The position numbers and the translations under genes are program-made. The notes below the pieces were generated by a model. That model worked only from the letters and a program-made list of their open reading frames with translations, was not told the DNA's origin and did no database searches. Shown piece by piece: positions 45,599 to 53,333 of a stretch of DNA of 60,897 nt (positions within the stretch are counted from its first letter, which is position 1; each line of letters begins with the position of its first letter). The DNA is taken from NCBI GenBank assembly GCA_018896875.1, contig JAHILT010000032.1, forward strand, positions 1-60,897, in the 5' to 3' direction. The DNA is from Patescibacteria group bacterium (lineage in GTDB: Bacteria > Patescibacteriota > Minisyncoccia > UBA6257 > 02-FULL-45-10c).

Positions 45599-47812
45599 CT
45601 ACTGTTTATGAGGATTGTGATTCAAACAAAGTTTATTCGAACATCTTTCTGGTATGGTTTTAGTTCCTTCCATCATTAATGCACCACAACCATGACAAAC
45701 TTTTCCAGTTGGACGAGACTTCATTATAAATTTACATTTAGGATAGTTAGAACAAGAAAAGAATGGACCAAACCTTCCTCTACGTTCTGTAATCTCTCCT
45801 TCTTTACACTCTATACACTTCACTCCTGTTTTTGCTTTAGCTTCTTCTTCAGGGCTTTTTTTAATGAATTTACATTTAGGATAATTATTACAATGGATAA
45901 ATTTACCAAAACGTCCTTCGCGTTCTACGAGCTCTCCATTATCACAATCTGGGCATGATTCCCCAGTTTTTTTCGGTCCTTCCATTATGGATCCGTCTGA
46001 TTTTCTTGCGCCAGTACAATCTGGAAATTTAGCACAGCTTAAAAATTTTCCAGTTTTAGATAATTTAATAACCATCGGCCCTTTGCAAGTAGGGCATTTA
46101 AATTTTTTATCAGCTTCTCCTAAATTAGTTATTTTTTCCATTTTTTCTTTTGATTTAATTTCTTTAGTAAACGGTCCATAAAAATCTTTTAACATTTCCT
46201 TATACTCTCTTTTCCCTTCGGCTATTTCGTCCAGTTTATTTTCCATATCTGCAGTAAAGGAATCATTGATGTATTTTGCAAAATTGTTTTCAAGGAAGGT
46301 ACTAACTACATCGCCAGTGTCAGTAGGATGAAGAGCCTTTCCTTCTTTCACTACATATCCACGATCAATAATAGTTTTAATAATAGAGGCGTAAGTACTT
46401 GGTCTTCCAATCTCACGTTTCTCTAACTCTTTTACTAGTCTAGCTTCCGTATAGCGACCAGGTGGTTCTGTTTGTTTGCATTCGCTATCAACATTTAATA
46501 ATTTTAACACTTCACCTTCAGATAATTTTGGTATTTGCACTTCTTCTCCTTGGGCATCTTTGTCCGCTACTAACCATCCCAAAAAAAGAGTAGAACTTCC
46601 TATAACAGAAAAATCAGGAATATCTTCTTCTTTATTTATATTAGCAGATACTTTTATTTTAAGTATTTTAGCGTCAGCCATTTGAGAAGAAACCGCTCTC
46701 TCCCAAATAAGTTTATATAACTTTTCTTGATCGCTTGCCCCATACACATCTTTGTGTGTGGGGTCAGTTGTCCCAGCCATTTTTTGGCTAACATTCGTTG
46801 GTCTAATTGCTTCATGTGCTTCCTGAGCACTTTTACTTTTGGTTTTGTACAAACGTGGCCTTAAGTATTCTATACCATAAACTTTTTCTATCTCTTTGTG
46901 AATTAAAGGCATAGCTTCCTTACTAATTGTTACACTATCAGTTCTCATATATGTAATAAGTCCTTGTTCATAAAGTTTTTGAGCAATAGACATTGTACGA
47001 GAAGGGGAATATCCGAGCCTGGAACTTGCTGTTTGTTGAAGAGTAGAAGTCGTAAATGGTGCACGAGGGAAACGATTTGTTTCGCTTTGTTTGACCTTCA
47101 ATATACTCCACGAGTTATCGCGTCCAGCTTTTAAAATACGATTAGCTTCTTTTTCGTTATCTATTTCTTTATCGCAAGCTAAAGTAATATTGTCCTTTTT
47201 TTCTGTTGTAAAACTTCCTGTTAATACCCAATATTTTTTTGGTACAAAAGCCCTAATATCACGCTCTCTTTCCATTATTATACGAAGAGCAGGAGATTGA
47301 ACTCGTCCAGCTGAAAGACCATAACGAACTTTTTTCCAGATAAGACCGCTTAAGTCGTAGCCAACAAGTCGATCTAAAACGCGGCGAGCCTCTTGAGCCT
47401 TTCGTAAATCTTGATTAATAGTCTGAGTGTTTTTTAATGCTTCTTTAACTGCGTTTTCAGTAATTTCATGAAAAACAATACGTTTGGGATTTTTTAAACC
47501 ACAAGCTTCTTTAATATGCCAAGCGATAGCTTCACCTTCTCGGTCGGGGTCCATCGCGAGTAGTACCTCTTCTGCTTTTTTTGAAAGCTCTTTTATTTTG
47601 GCAACAACTTTTTCCTTTCCTTTAGAAATTTCGTAATGAGGAGTAAATTCTTTATCAATATCAATAGCTTTTTTATTATTCTTAGGAAGGTCACGAATAT
47701 GGCCATAAGAAGACTCAACCATATATTGGTTTTTAAAAAACTTAGAAATAGTCTTAGCTTTAGTAGGACTTTCAACAATTATTAGTTTTTTAGTTTTTGC
47801 TTTTGTTGTCAT
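45599..47812 (-). CDS. topA: DNA topoisomerase I with C-terminal C4 zinc ribbons
   Basis: TOPRIM (LIIVESPTKAKTI, DPDREGEAI), active-site region (ITYMRTDS) and several CxxC...CxxC ribbons. ATG at 47812; the longer ORF extends into a repeat island. Confidence 0.95.
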   Translation of the reverse strand: MTTKAKTKKLIIVESPTKAKTISKFFKNQYMVESSYGHIRDLPKNNKKAIDIDKEFTPHYEISKGKEKVVAKIKELSKKAEEVLLAMDPDREGEAIAWHIKEACGLKNPKRIVFHEITENAVKEALKNTQTINQDLRKAQEARRVLDRLVGYDLSGLIWKKVRYGLSAGRVQSPALRIIMERERDIRAFVPKKYWVLTGSFTTEKKDNITLACDKEIDNEKEANRILKAGRDNSWSILKVKQSETNRFPRAPFTTSTLQQTASSRLGYSPSRTMSIAQKLYEQGLITYMRTDSVTISKEAMPLIHKEIEKVYGIEYLRPRLYKTKSKSAQEAHEAIRPTNVSQKMAGTTDPTHKDVYGASDQEKLYKLIWERAVSSQMADAKILKIKVSANINKEEDIPDFSVIGSSTLFLGWLVADKDAQGEEVQIPKLSEGEVLKLLNVDSECKQTEPPGRYTEARLVKELEKREIGRPSTYASIIKTIIDRGYVVKEGKALHPTDTGDVVSTFLENNFAKYINDSFTADMENKLDEIAEGKREYKEMLKDFYGPFTKEIKSKEKMEKITNLGEADKKFKCPTCKGPMVIKLSKTGKFLSCAKFPDCTGARKSDGSIMEGPKKTGESCPDCDNGELVEREGRFGKFIHCNNYPKCKFIKKSPEEEAKAKTGVKCIECKEGEITERRGRFGPFFSCSNYPKCKFIMKSRPTGKVCHGCGALMMEGTKTIPERCSNKLCLNHNPHKQ

Positions 47813-47890
47813 GGTAGTAAGTGTAAATTGTAAATTAAAAATTGTAAAATATTCCCTTCCATCCGTCCCCCTTTTATTCATCTTATCCCC

Positions 47891-48031
47891 GAGGTTCAAC
47901 CTCTCAATTATTAATTCTTATCTTATCTTCAGGAGGTTGAACCTCCAAACATTAAACCTTCTTATTCCCTCCTTTTAAAGGAGGGCTAGGGCATGCCCCC
48001 TTACTCATCCTTGAGTGTGGGGGTGGATTTT
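47891..48031. repeat. mosaic hairpin island C
   Basis: GAGGTTCAACCTC (47891-47903) pairs with GAGGTTGAACCTC (47933-47945). The long form of the TTATTCCCTCC...GGTGGATTTT module lies at 47961-48031. Confidence 0.8.
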
Positions 48032-48084
48032 AAATCTTTGTATTTTTACATATTTAAATACCTCCCTTTTTTTCTTCCTTTTAC

Positions 48085-48132
48085 TAATCCCTAGTCGCTA
48101 GTGGCTAGTACCTAATCCCTAGTGGCTAATCA
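48085..48132 (-). repeat. stop-dense CTAGTGGCTA/CTAGTCGCTA motif cluster directly after the dprA stop
   Basis: In the coding sense: TAG-TGATTAGCCACTAGGGATTAGGTACTAGCCACTAGCGACTAGGGATTAG. Confidence 0.7.
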
Positions 48133-49140
48133 CTATTTTAATATTCCTTTTATAGTTAAGAAAGTAATAATTTGATTAACTTTTTCTATTTGGATTTTAG
48201 AAATTTCTGAAATTTTATCAATAGAGGCAGGCCAACCTAATTGATTAATAATTTCTAGTATTTTTTTCTCATCCTCAGTCATTTTTTCAAGATTTTTTTG
48301 ATTTTTAGCCTCAACTTCAATCCCCATATCTTCTAAAACATCTTCGGCACATGTTATTAATCGCGCTCCATCTCTAATAAGTTTATGAGATCCATAATAA
48401 TTTGGGTTTATAGCTGGTCCAGGTACTACCAATATTTCACGGTCTTGCTCAAGAGCAAAACGAGCAGTAGCTAAAGCCCCCGATTTTTTAGGCGCTTCTA
48501 TAATTATAGTTGTTGAACTTAAAGCACTAATAATTCTATTTCTTTGAATAAAACTACAAGTAAATGGTCTGTAATTAATTGGGAACTCACTTATTAATCC
48601 TCCGCCAGTTTTAAGTATTTCTTTAGCAAGATTGCTGTTTTGCCGAGGATAAATATCTCCCAAACCAATAGGGAGAATAGCCACCGTATATCCATTCCCG
48701 TCTAACGCTCCTTGATGAGATGCCTCGTCCACACCTAAGGCTAACCCGCTTATGATTTGCAGATTATTTTCGGCAAGTTCTTTCGCAATTTGTTTTGCTA
48801 TGGTTTTTCCCTGAACACTAACTTTTCTCGTCCCCACAATTGATACTGATTTAAGGGAATGCAGGTTTCCTTTTATATAAATCGCGAATGGTGGCCATGG
48901 AATATTTTTAAGCATTTCAGGAAATTCAGCATCTTCTTTCAAAATCAATTTTATATCCAATGGCTTCAATTTTTCGTATTCTTTTTTTGGGTCTATCTCT
49001 GGAAAATCTTTTTGGATTTTTAACCATCCTTTTTTCCATGTAGGCGAGTCAAGATTTTTTATCTTACGATAATCTCCATTCAAAGCAACGTTTATGGCAT
49101 TATAATATTCTTTTTCTTTAATACTAGAAACAATAGTCAT
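48133..49140 (-). CDS. dprA: DNA-processing protein DprA
   Basis: Rossmann-like core SGLALGVDEASHQGAL and SGALATARFALEQDREI, with a C-terminal winged-helix-like tail. Confidence 0.9.
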   Translation of the reverse strand: MTIVSSIKEKEYYNAINVALNGDYRKIKNLDSPTWKKGWLKIQKDFPEIDPKKEYEKLKPLDIKLILKEDAEFPEMLKNIPWPPFAIYIKGNLHSLKSVSIVGTRKVSVQGKTIAKQIAKELAENNLQIISGLALGVDEASHQGALDGNGYTVAILPIGLGDIYPRQNSNLAKEILKTGGGLISEFPINYRPFTCSFIQRNRIISALSSTTIIIEAPKKSGALATARFALEQDREILVVPGPAINPNYYGSHKLIRDGARLITCAEDVLEDMGIEVEAKNQKNLEKMTEDEKKILEIINQLGWPASIDKISEISKIQIEKVNQIITFLTIKGILK

Positions 49141-49212
49141 TTTTTATTTATATGTTAAAATATATTATATATAATATATTGATATTAACATATAAGCTTA
49201 AGGCGATAACTT

Positions 49213-49731
49213 ATGAATATTTTTTATAAAAATTTATTAAGGCATAATATTTTTTACTTATTAGGTATTTTGGCATTGGCAGGTATATTATTTTTTTTAA
49301 AGGTAGATATAAAAAATTCTGTTTTAGAAATAACTCAAAAGCGTAATGCTTTGGCGGTGCGAACCAACTCATTAAGTTCAACTGCCGAGCTAGAAGCTGA
49401 CTTTAAACAAGCCAGTTCTTATTTTAGTCTATTAGATAATATATTACCTTCACGAGATAATTTATTGCTTTTTTCCAAAGAAATAGAAGACTTAGCCGTA
49501 AAGAATAAATTAGAATTTGGATTTACTTTTGGCGTAGAAACTTTAGCGAACGAAAAAGAACCAGGGAGTCTTTGTTTTAGAATGGTTTTAACTGGCAGTT
49601 ATGATAGTTTTGTAAGTTTTTTAAAAGACATAGAAACGAGCAGATATTTTATGAATTTTAATAATATAGATATTACAAAAAAAGGAGATGGATTTTCAGG
49701 TATTATTAATGGCACTGTGTTTTTTCGGTAA
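49213..49731 (+). CDS. hypothetical membrane-anchored protein, PilO-like architecture
   Basis: N-terminal TM helix, coiled-coil segment, then LTGSYDSFVSFLKDIE..RYF...NIDI resembling the PilO/GspM ferredoxin-like domain. Tentative. Confidence 0.45.
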   Translation: MNIFYKNLLRHNIFYLLGILALAGILFFLKVDIKNSVLEITQKRNALAVRTNSLSSTAELEADFKQASSYFSLLDNILPSRDNLLLFSKEIEDLAVKNKLEFGFTFGVETLANEKEPGSLCFRMVLTGSYDSFVSFLKDIETSRYFMNFNNIDITKKGDGFSGIINGTVFFR

Positions 49732-49908
49732 TAACAGTATGTGAATACACATAAAATAATACAAATTTACAAATGTTATACGAATACTACAAATAAAAGA
49801 GTTGAAGATTGGCAATTTGTATCATTCGTGTCCGTCTGCGGATTTGTAGATTAGTATTATATTTATTTATATGCGAATATAAATAAAATAAATAACGAAT
49901 AACAAAAA

Positions 49909-50139
49909 ATGAATTTAGAAAATATAAAGAAAAAATTTGAAAATAAGCAGAATTTGACTTTTTATATTTTAAGCACTTTAATGTTTGTATTGGTTTTTTT
50001 GTGCGCTTATTATTCAATAAGCTATTTAGCTATAAAAACGCATGAAGGGCTCAATGGAGATGACAATGTTAATACAACTTCTGTAAAGTTTGATATCGAA
50101 AAAATAGCAGAATTAAAAGAGAGAAAAATCCAAAATTAG
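49909..50139 (+). CDS. small single-TM hypothetical protein
   Basis: 76 aa with TM helix FYILSTLMFVLVFLCAYYSISYL. Confidence 0.35.
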   Translation: MNLENIKKKFENKQNLTFYILSTLMFVLVFLCAYYSISYLAIKTHEGLNGDDNVNTTSVKFDIEKIAELKERKIQN

Positions 50140-50144
50140 TTTAT

Positions 50145-50216
50145 GGGTGTGTAGTTCAGTGGTAGAACGCTGTCCTGATAAGACAGAGGTCGTAGGTTCG
50201 ATTCCTACCACACCCA
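50145..50216 (+). tRNA. tRNA-Ile (anticodon GAU)
   Basis: Acceptor GGGTGTG/CACACCC, anticodon loop CTGATAA, T-loop TTCGATT. No CCA. Confidence 0.9.
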
Positions 50217-50237
50217 CAGTACATAATCATAGGTCAT

Positions 50238-50309
50238 GCGCCCTTAGCTCAGTGGTAGAGCGTTTCATTGACATTGAAGAGGCCGCAGGTTCGATCCCTG
50301 CAGGGCGCA
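50238..50309 (+). tRNA. tRNA-Val (anticodon GAC)
   Basis: Acceptor GCGCCCT/AGGGCGC, anticodon loop TTGACAT, T-loop TTCGATC. No CCA. Confidence 0.9.
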
Positions 50310-50409
50310 CAAATAAAAAACACTAATCAATAAATGGTATACTTATCTTTATTCGTAGTCATTCGTTATTATTTGTATCATTCGTATATTGGTATATTTA
50401 ATTAATATC

Positions 50410-50979
50410 ATGCAAGAAAAACAAGAAAATAATTTAAAAGACCAAGAAATTTTATCTTTATCACAAGAAGACCCCGCATACTTCTCTTTTTTAGTTGATA
50501 AATATCAAACTCCTTTTTTAAGAGCTGCTCGGGGAATTACTAGAAGCATGGAAGAGGCAGAAGACATTGTTCAAGAGACTTTTGTAAAGATTTATAGATA
50601 CGCAAAAAATTTCGAAAAAAGACCAGGCGTTGAATTTAAAAGTTGGGCTTATAGGATATTGATTAATACATCTATAACTCATTATCAAAAATTAAAAAAA
50701 GAAAGAGGAAACATAGAGTACATGGATCCTGTTCTATATGACGACCCTGCTTTAATTGAACATAAAGACATTGCTTTAGAAAAAGATATACAAGAAGGAG
50801 TGGCTAAGGCTATTGATAAAATGCCACCACACTTAGGAAGAGTTTTGAGGCTTTTTTATTTTGATGATAGGTCATACAAAGAAATAGCAGAAGCAGAGAA
50901 TATATCAATGCCAACATTAAAAATGAGAATGTTTAGAGCCAAAAGAGTATTTAAAAAAATAGCAGACGAAAATATATAA
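50410..50979 (+). CDS. ECF-type RNA polymerase sigma factor
   Basis: Region 2 (AEDIVQETFVKIYR, SWAYRILINT) and region 4 (RLFYFDDRSYKEIAEAENISMPTLKMRMFRAK). ATG at 50410. Confidence 0.85.
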   Translation: MQEKQENNLKDQEILSLSQEDPAYFSFLVDKYQTPFLRAARGITRSMEEAEDIVQETFVKIYRYAKNFEKRPGVEFKSWAYRILINTSITHYQKLKKERGNIEYMDPVLYDDPALIEHKDIALEKDIQEGVAKAIDKMPPHLGRVLRLFYFDDRSYKEIAEAENISMPTLKMRMFRAKRVFKKIADENI

Positions 50980-50983
50980 AAAT

Positions 50984-51331
50984 ATGGACAATAATTTAAT
51001 TAAAAACAAAATCGCATGGAAGGTTTATATAGTTTGGCTCTTTAGAAGGATAATCCCTTTGCTTGTTTTGGAAATTATTTTATTAGTTCTAGGTTTTTAT
51101 TTTTTGGGGAAATTTGTTTTTGTCCAAAAAGTTTTTGAGAATGCATTTTTAAGTAGTGCTCAAAATCCAATTATTGTATTTCTATATATGTTCAATGCTT
51201 TTGCTTCCACTACTTTCTTAAAAAAAATAATTGTCTTAATTCTTCTATCTTTAGGTATTTTATGTATGAAAGATGTCGGCAGGGCATTAGTTTCTTATAT
51301 CTCTACCTTTAGAATAACGAAACAAGGATAG
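50984..51331 (+). CDS. small multi-TM protein, possible anti-sigma partner
   Basis: 115 aa starting 4 nt after the sigma-factor gene, with three hydrophobic segments. No anti-sigma motif recognised. Confidence 0.4.
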   Translation: MDNNLIKNKIAWKVYIVWLFRRIIPLLVLEIILLVLGFYFLGKFVFVQKVFENAFLSSAQNPIIVFLYMFNAFASTTFLKKIIVLILLSLGILCMKDVGRALVSYISTFRITKQG

Positions 51332-51694
51332 TAGTTAGCCACTAGCCATTAGAAGTGTAAAATTTAAAAATCAAAAATCAAAATGACAATGCAAAAATAT
51401 AAAATATAAGAATTAATTCAGAAACAGTAATCTCATTTTTTGTTCTAACTTTTGGATTTTTTATCCCCCTCCTTTAGGAGGGGTTAGGGGAGATTTTCCC
51501 CTCCGTCATTGCGAGGTTCGCCAGCAGGCGAACCGCGGCAATCTCTCTATCGTTTCCTTTTTTTCTGTCATCTCCGCTCCTTCTGTCATTCCCGCGGAGG
51601 CGGGAATCCAGTCTTTCCCATCTTTCTTATTCCCTCCTTTTAAAGGAGGGCTAGGGCATGCCCCCTTACTCATCCTTGAGTGTGGGGGTGGATT
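51332..51694. repeat. mosaic island D: roughly 140-bp AT-rich unit plus four GC-rich hairpin modules
   Basis: 51332-51470 is homologous to 55573-55705. 51505-51695 is nearly identical to 56610-56797 apart from an indel in the first hairpin. Confidence 0.85.
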
Positions 51695-51804
51695 TAAATT
51701 ATAAAGACAACGAAGGCGTCAGAATAATAACGAAACAAAAATAAGCTAACCCTTGTTTTATAAGTGAAATTAGGAAAGTTTCTTAATTAATTTATTCATG
51801 TTTG

Positions 51805-51840
51805 CCCCTTCATTCTAATACGAATAAGGGGTTGTTTTTT
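51805..51840 (+). terminator. intrinsic terminator-like hairpin
   Basis: CCCCTTCATTC...GAATAAGGGG followed by TTGTTTTTT. Confidence 0.55.
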
Positions 51841-51931
51841 AAGCAATTTTGCCCGACCCTCTTGTTTGACAAATATACATATTTGTGATATTTTATTCGT
51901 TAGTACATAAAAATAGAATACAGGAGGAGTT

Positions 51932-52300
51932 ATGATAAGATTTATGATGATGTTGTTTGTAACAGTATTCTTTTGTATGGCAATGACGAGTTGCTCTACT
52001 AAGAATGTTGTTGGCGAATTAATGTTTACGAGAACGCCTATAGACAACCAAATGGTGCTAGAGAAAAAAGTTCAGACTAAAAATTTGGACGAAAGAGCTC
52101 AGGCCCTACATAAAGAGTGTCAGTCTATAGAAGAGGAATATCAAGGTTATATAGAAATGATAAAGGATATGCCTCTTTCAAAGACCTTACTAGAGGGTGT
52201 TAGCGAAACTAGCGAACATATCGATAGTGTTCTTGAGAAAGAGAATTCTAAACACTTAGTCAAACAAAAGGATTACAAACAGGAACTTCTAGAGATATAG
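51932..52300 (+). CDS. putative lipoprotein
   Basis: AGGAGGAG SD 4 nt upstream. Signal peptide ending AMTSC (lipobox-like). Confidence 0.55.
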   Translation: MIRFMMMLFVTVFFCMAMTSCSTKNVVGELMFTRTPIDNQMVLEKKVQTKNLDERAQALHKECQSIEEEYQGYIEMIKDMPLSKTLLEGVSETSEHIDSVLEKENSKHLVKQKDYKQELLEI

Positions 52301-52372
52301 GAGAAAGACAAAAAAAATAAAAAAGGAGGGAATATAAAAAATAAGTTTTATTAATTGTACTTTAAACAATTA

Positions 52373-52397
52373 ATGCCCCGTAGAAATACGGGGCTTT
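52373..52397 (+). terminator. intrinsic terminator
   Basis: GCCCCGTA-GAAA-TACGGGGC followed by T5. Confidence 0.85.
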
Positions 52398-52619
52398 TTA
52401 TTATTTTTTAATATATTAGATTGATAATCTAACCTCCGCCGAAAAAAAGAAGTTGAGAATAAAATATCCTAATTTAGAGATTAGAGATTAATTATTTGAT
52501 TTTATTTGACAGACATTCTCCTTTACTAGAACGTTCCATCCTTTTTATGGACGAGTAATCCCTGAGCGGGGAAGCAAGCATCTTTTGTCTTAACCCCACG
52601 TTATTGCTATATTGATTAA

Positions 52620-53333
52620 ATGACCAGTCCCGAATTAATTTATAAACATAAAGATTTTTTAATCATAAACAAACCCGCAGGACTTTTGGTTCATAGGGCT
52701 GTTTTTAATAAAGTTGTTGAAAAAGAAGAAAAAACTCTTGTTGATTGGCTTGTTAAAAATTATCCAGAATTAAAAAAAATTGGAGAAGACACCGTCAACA
52801 GACCGGGTATTGTGCATAGGTTAGACAGAGAAACTTCTGGAATAATTTTAGTCCCACGTACTCAAGAAGCTTTTGAATATTTTAAGAAATTGTTTCAGAA
52901 ACATCTTATAAATAAAACTTATTTAGCCTTAGTATTTGGAAAGGCGGAAAATAAAAAAGGAATAATAAACAAACCCATTGGACTAAAAAGTGGAACGACT
53001 AGACATACTGTTAGACCAAGCAAAATGATGAAAGAAGCCATAACAGAATATGAAGTTGTTAAATATCTTCATATTAAAGGAGAGGATTTAACCTTAATCA
53101 AAGCTTCTCCAAAAACAGGAAGAACTCATCAAATTAGAGTTCACCTTGCTTCCATAAGACTTCCTATCGTAGGAGACAAGATGTACGGTAGAAAGCGAAA
53201 TCCTTTCCCAGAAATAAAAAGACAATTTTTACATGCTCAAACCATAGAATTCAAATGGAAAAAAAGCACTTGTTTTAAATTTGAAGCAGACCTACCAAAA
53301 GAAATTACTGCTTTTTTAAAGTTAGCTCAATAA
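52620..53333 (+). CDS. RluA-family pseudouridine synthase
   Basis: HRLDRETSGIILV catalytic motif and KTGRTHQIRVHL. Confidence 0.9.
   Translation: MTSPELIYKHKDFLIINKPAGLLVHRAVFNKVVEKEEKTLVDWLVKNYPELKKIGEDTVNRPGIVHRLDRETSGIILVPRTQEAFEYFKKLFQKHLINKTYLALVFGKAENKKGIINKPIGLKSGTTRHTVRPSKMMKEAITEYEVVKYLHIKGEDLTLIKASPKTGRTHQIRVHLASIRLPIVGDKMYGRKRNPFPEIKRQFLHAQTIEFKWKKSTCFKFEADLPKEITAFLKLAQ

Noticed and set aside
52500-52619. Possible SRP (4.5S) RNA or other ncRNA upstream of the RluA gene (GGGGAAGCAAGC resembles the GGAAGCAGCC of SRP domain IV)
   Set aside because: I could not build the conserved symmetric and asymmetric loops or a GNRA-capped helix 8. The similarity is limited to about 7 nt and needs a covariance-model search before any call.
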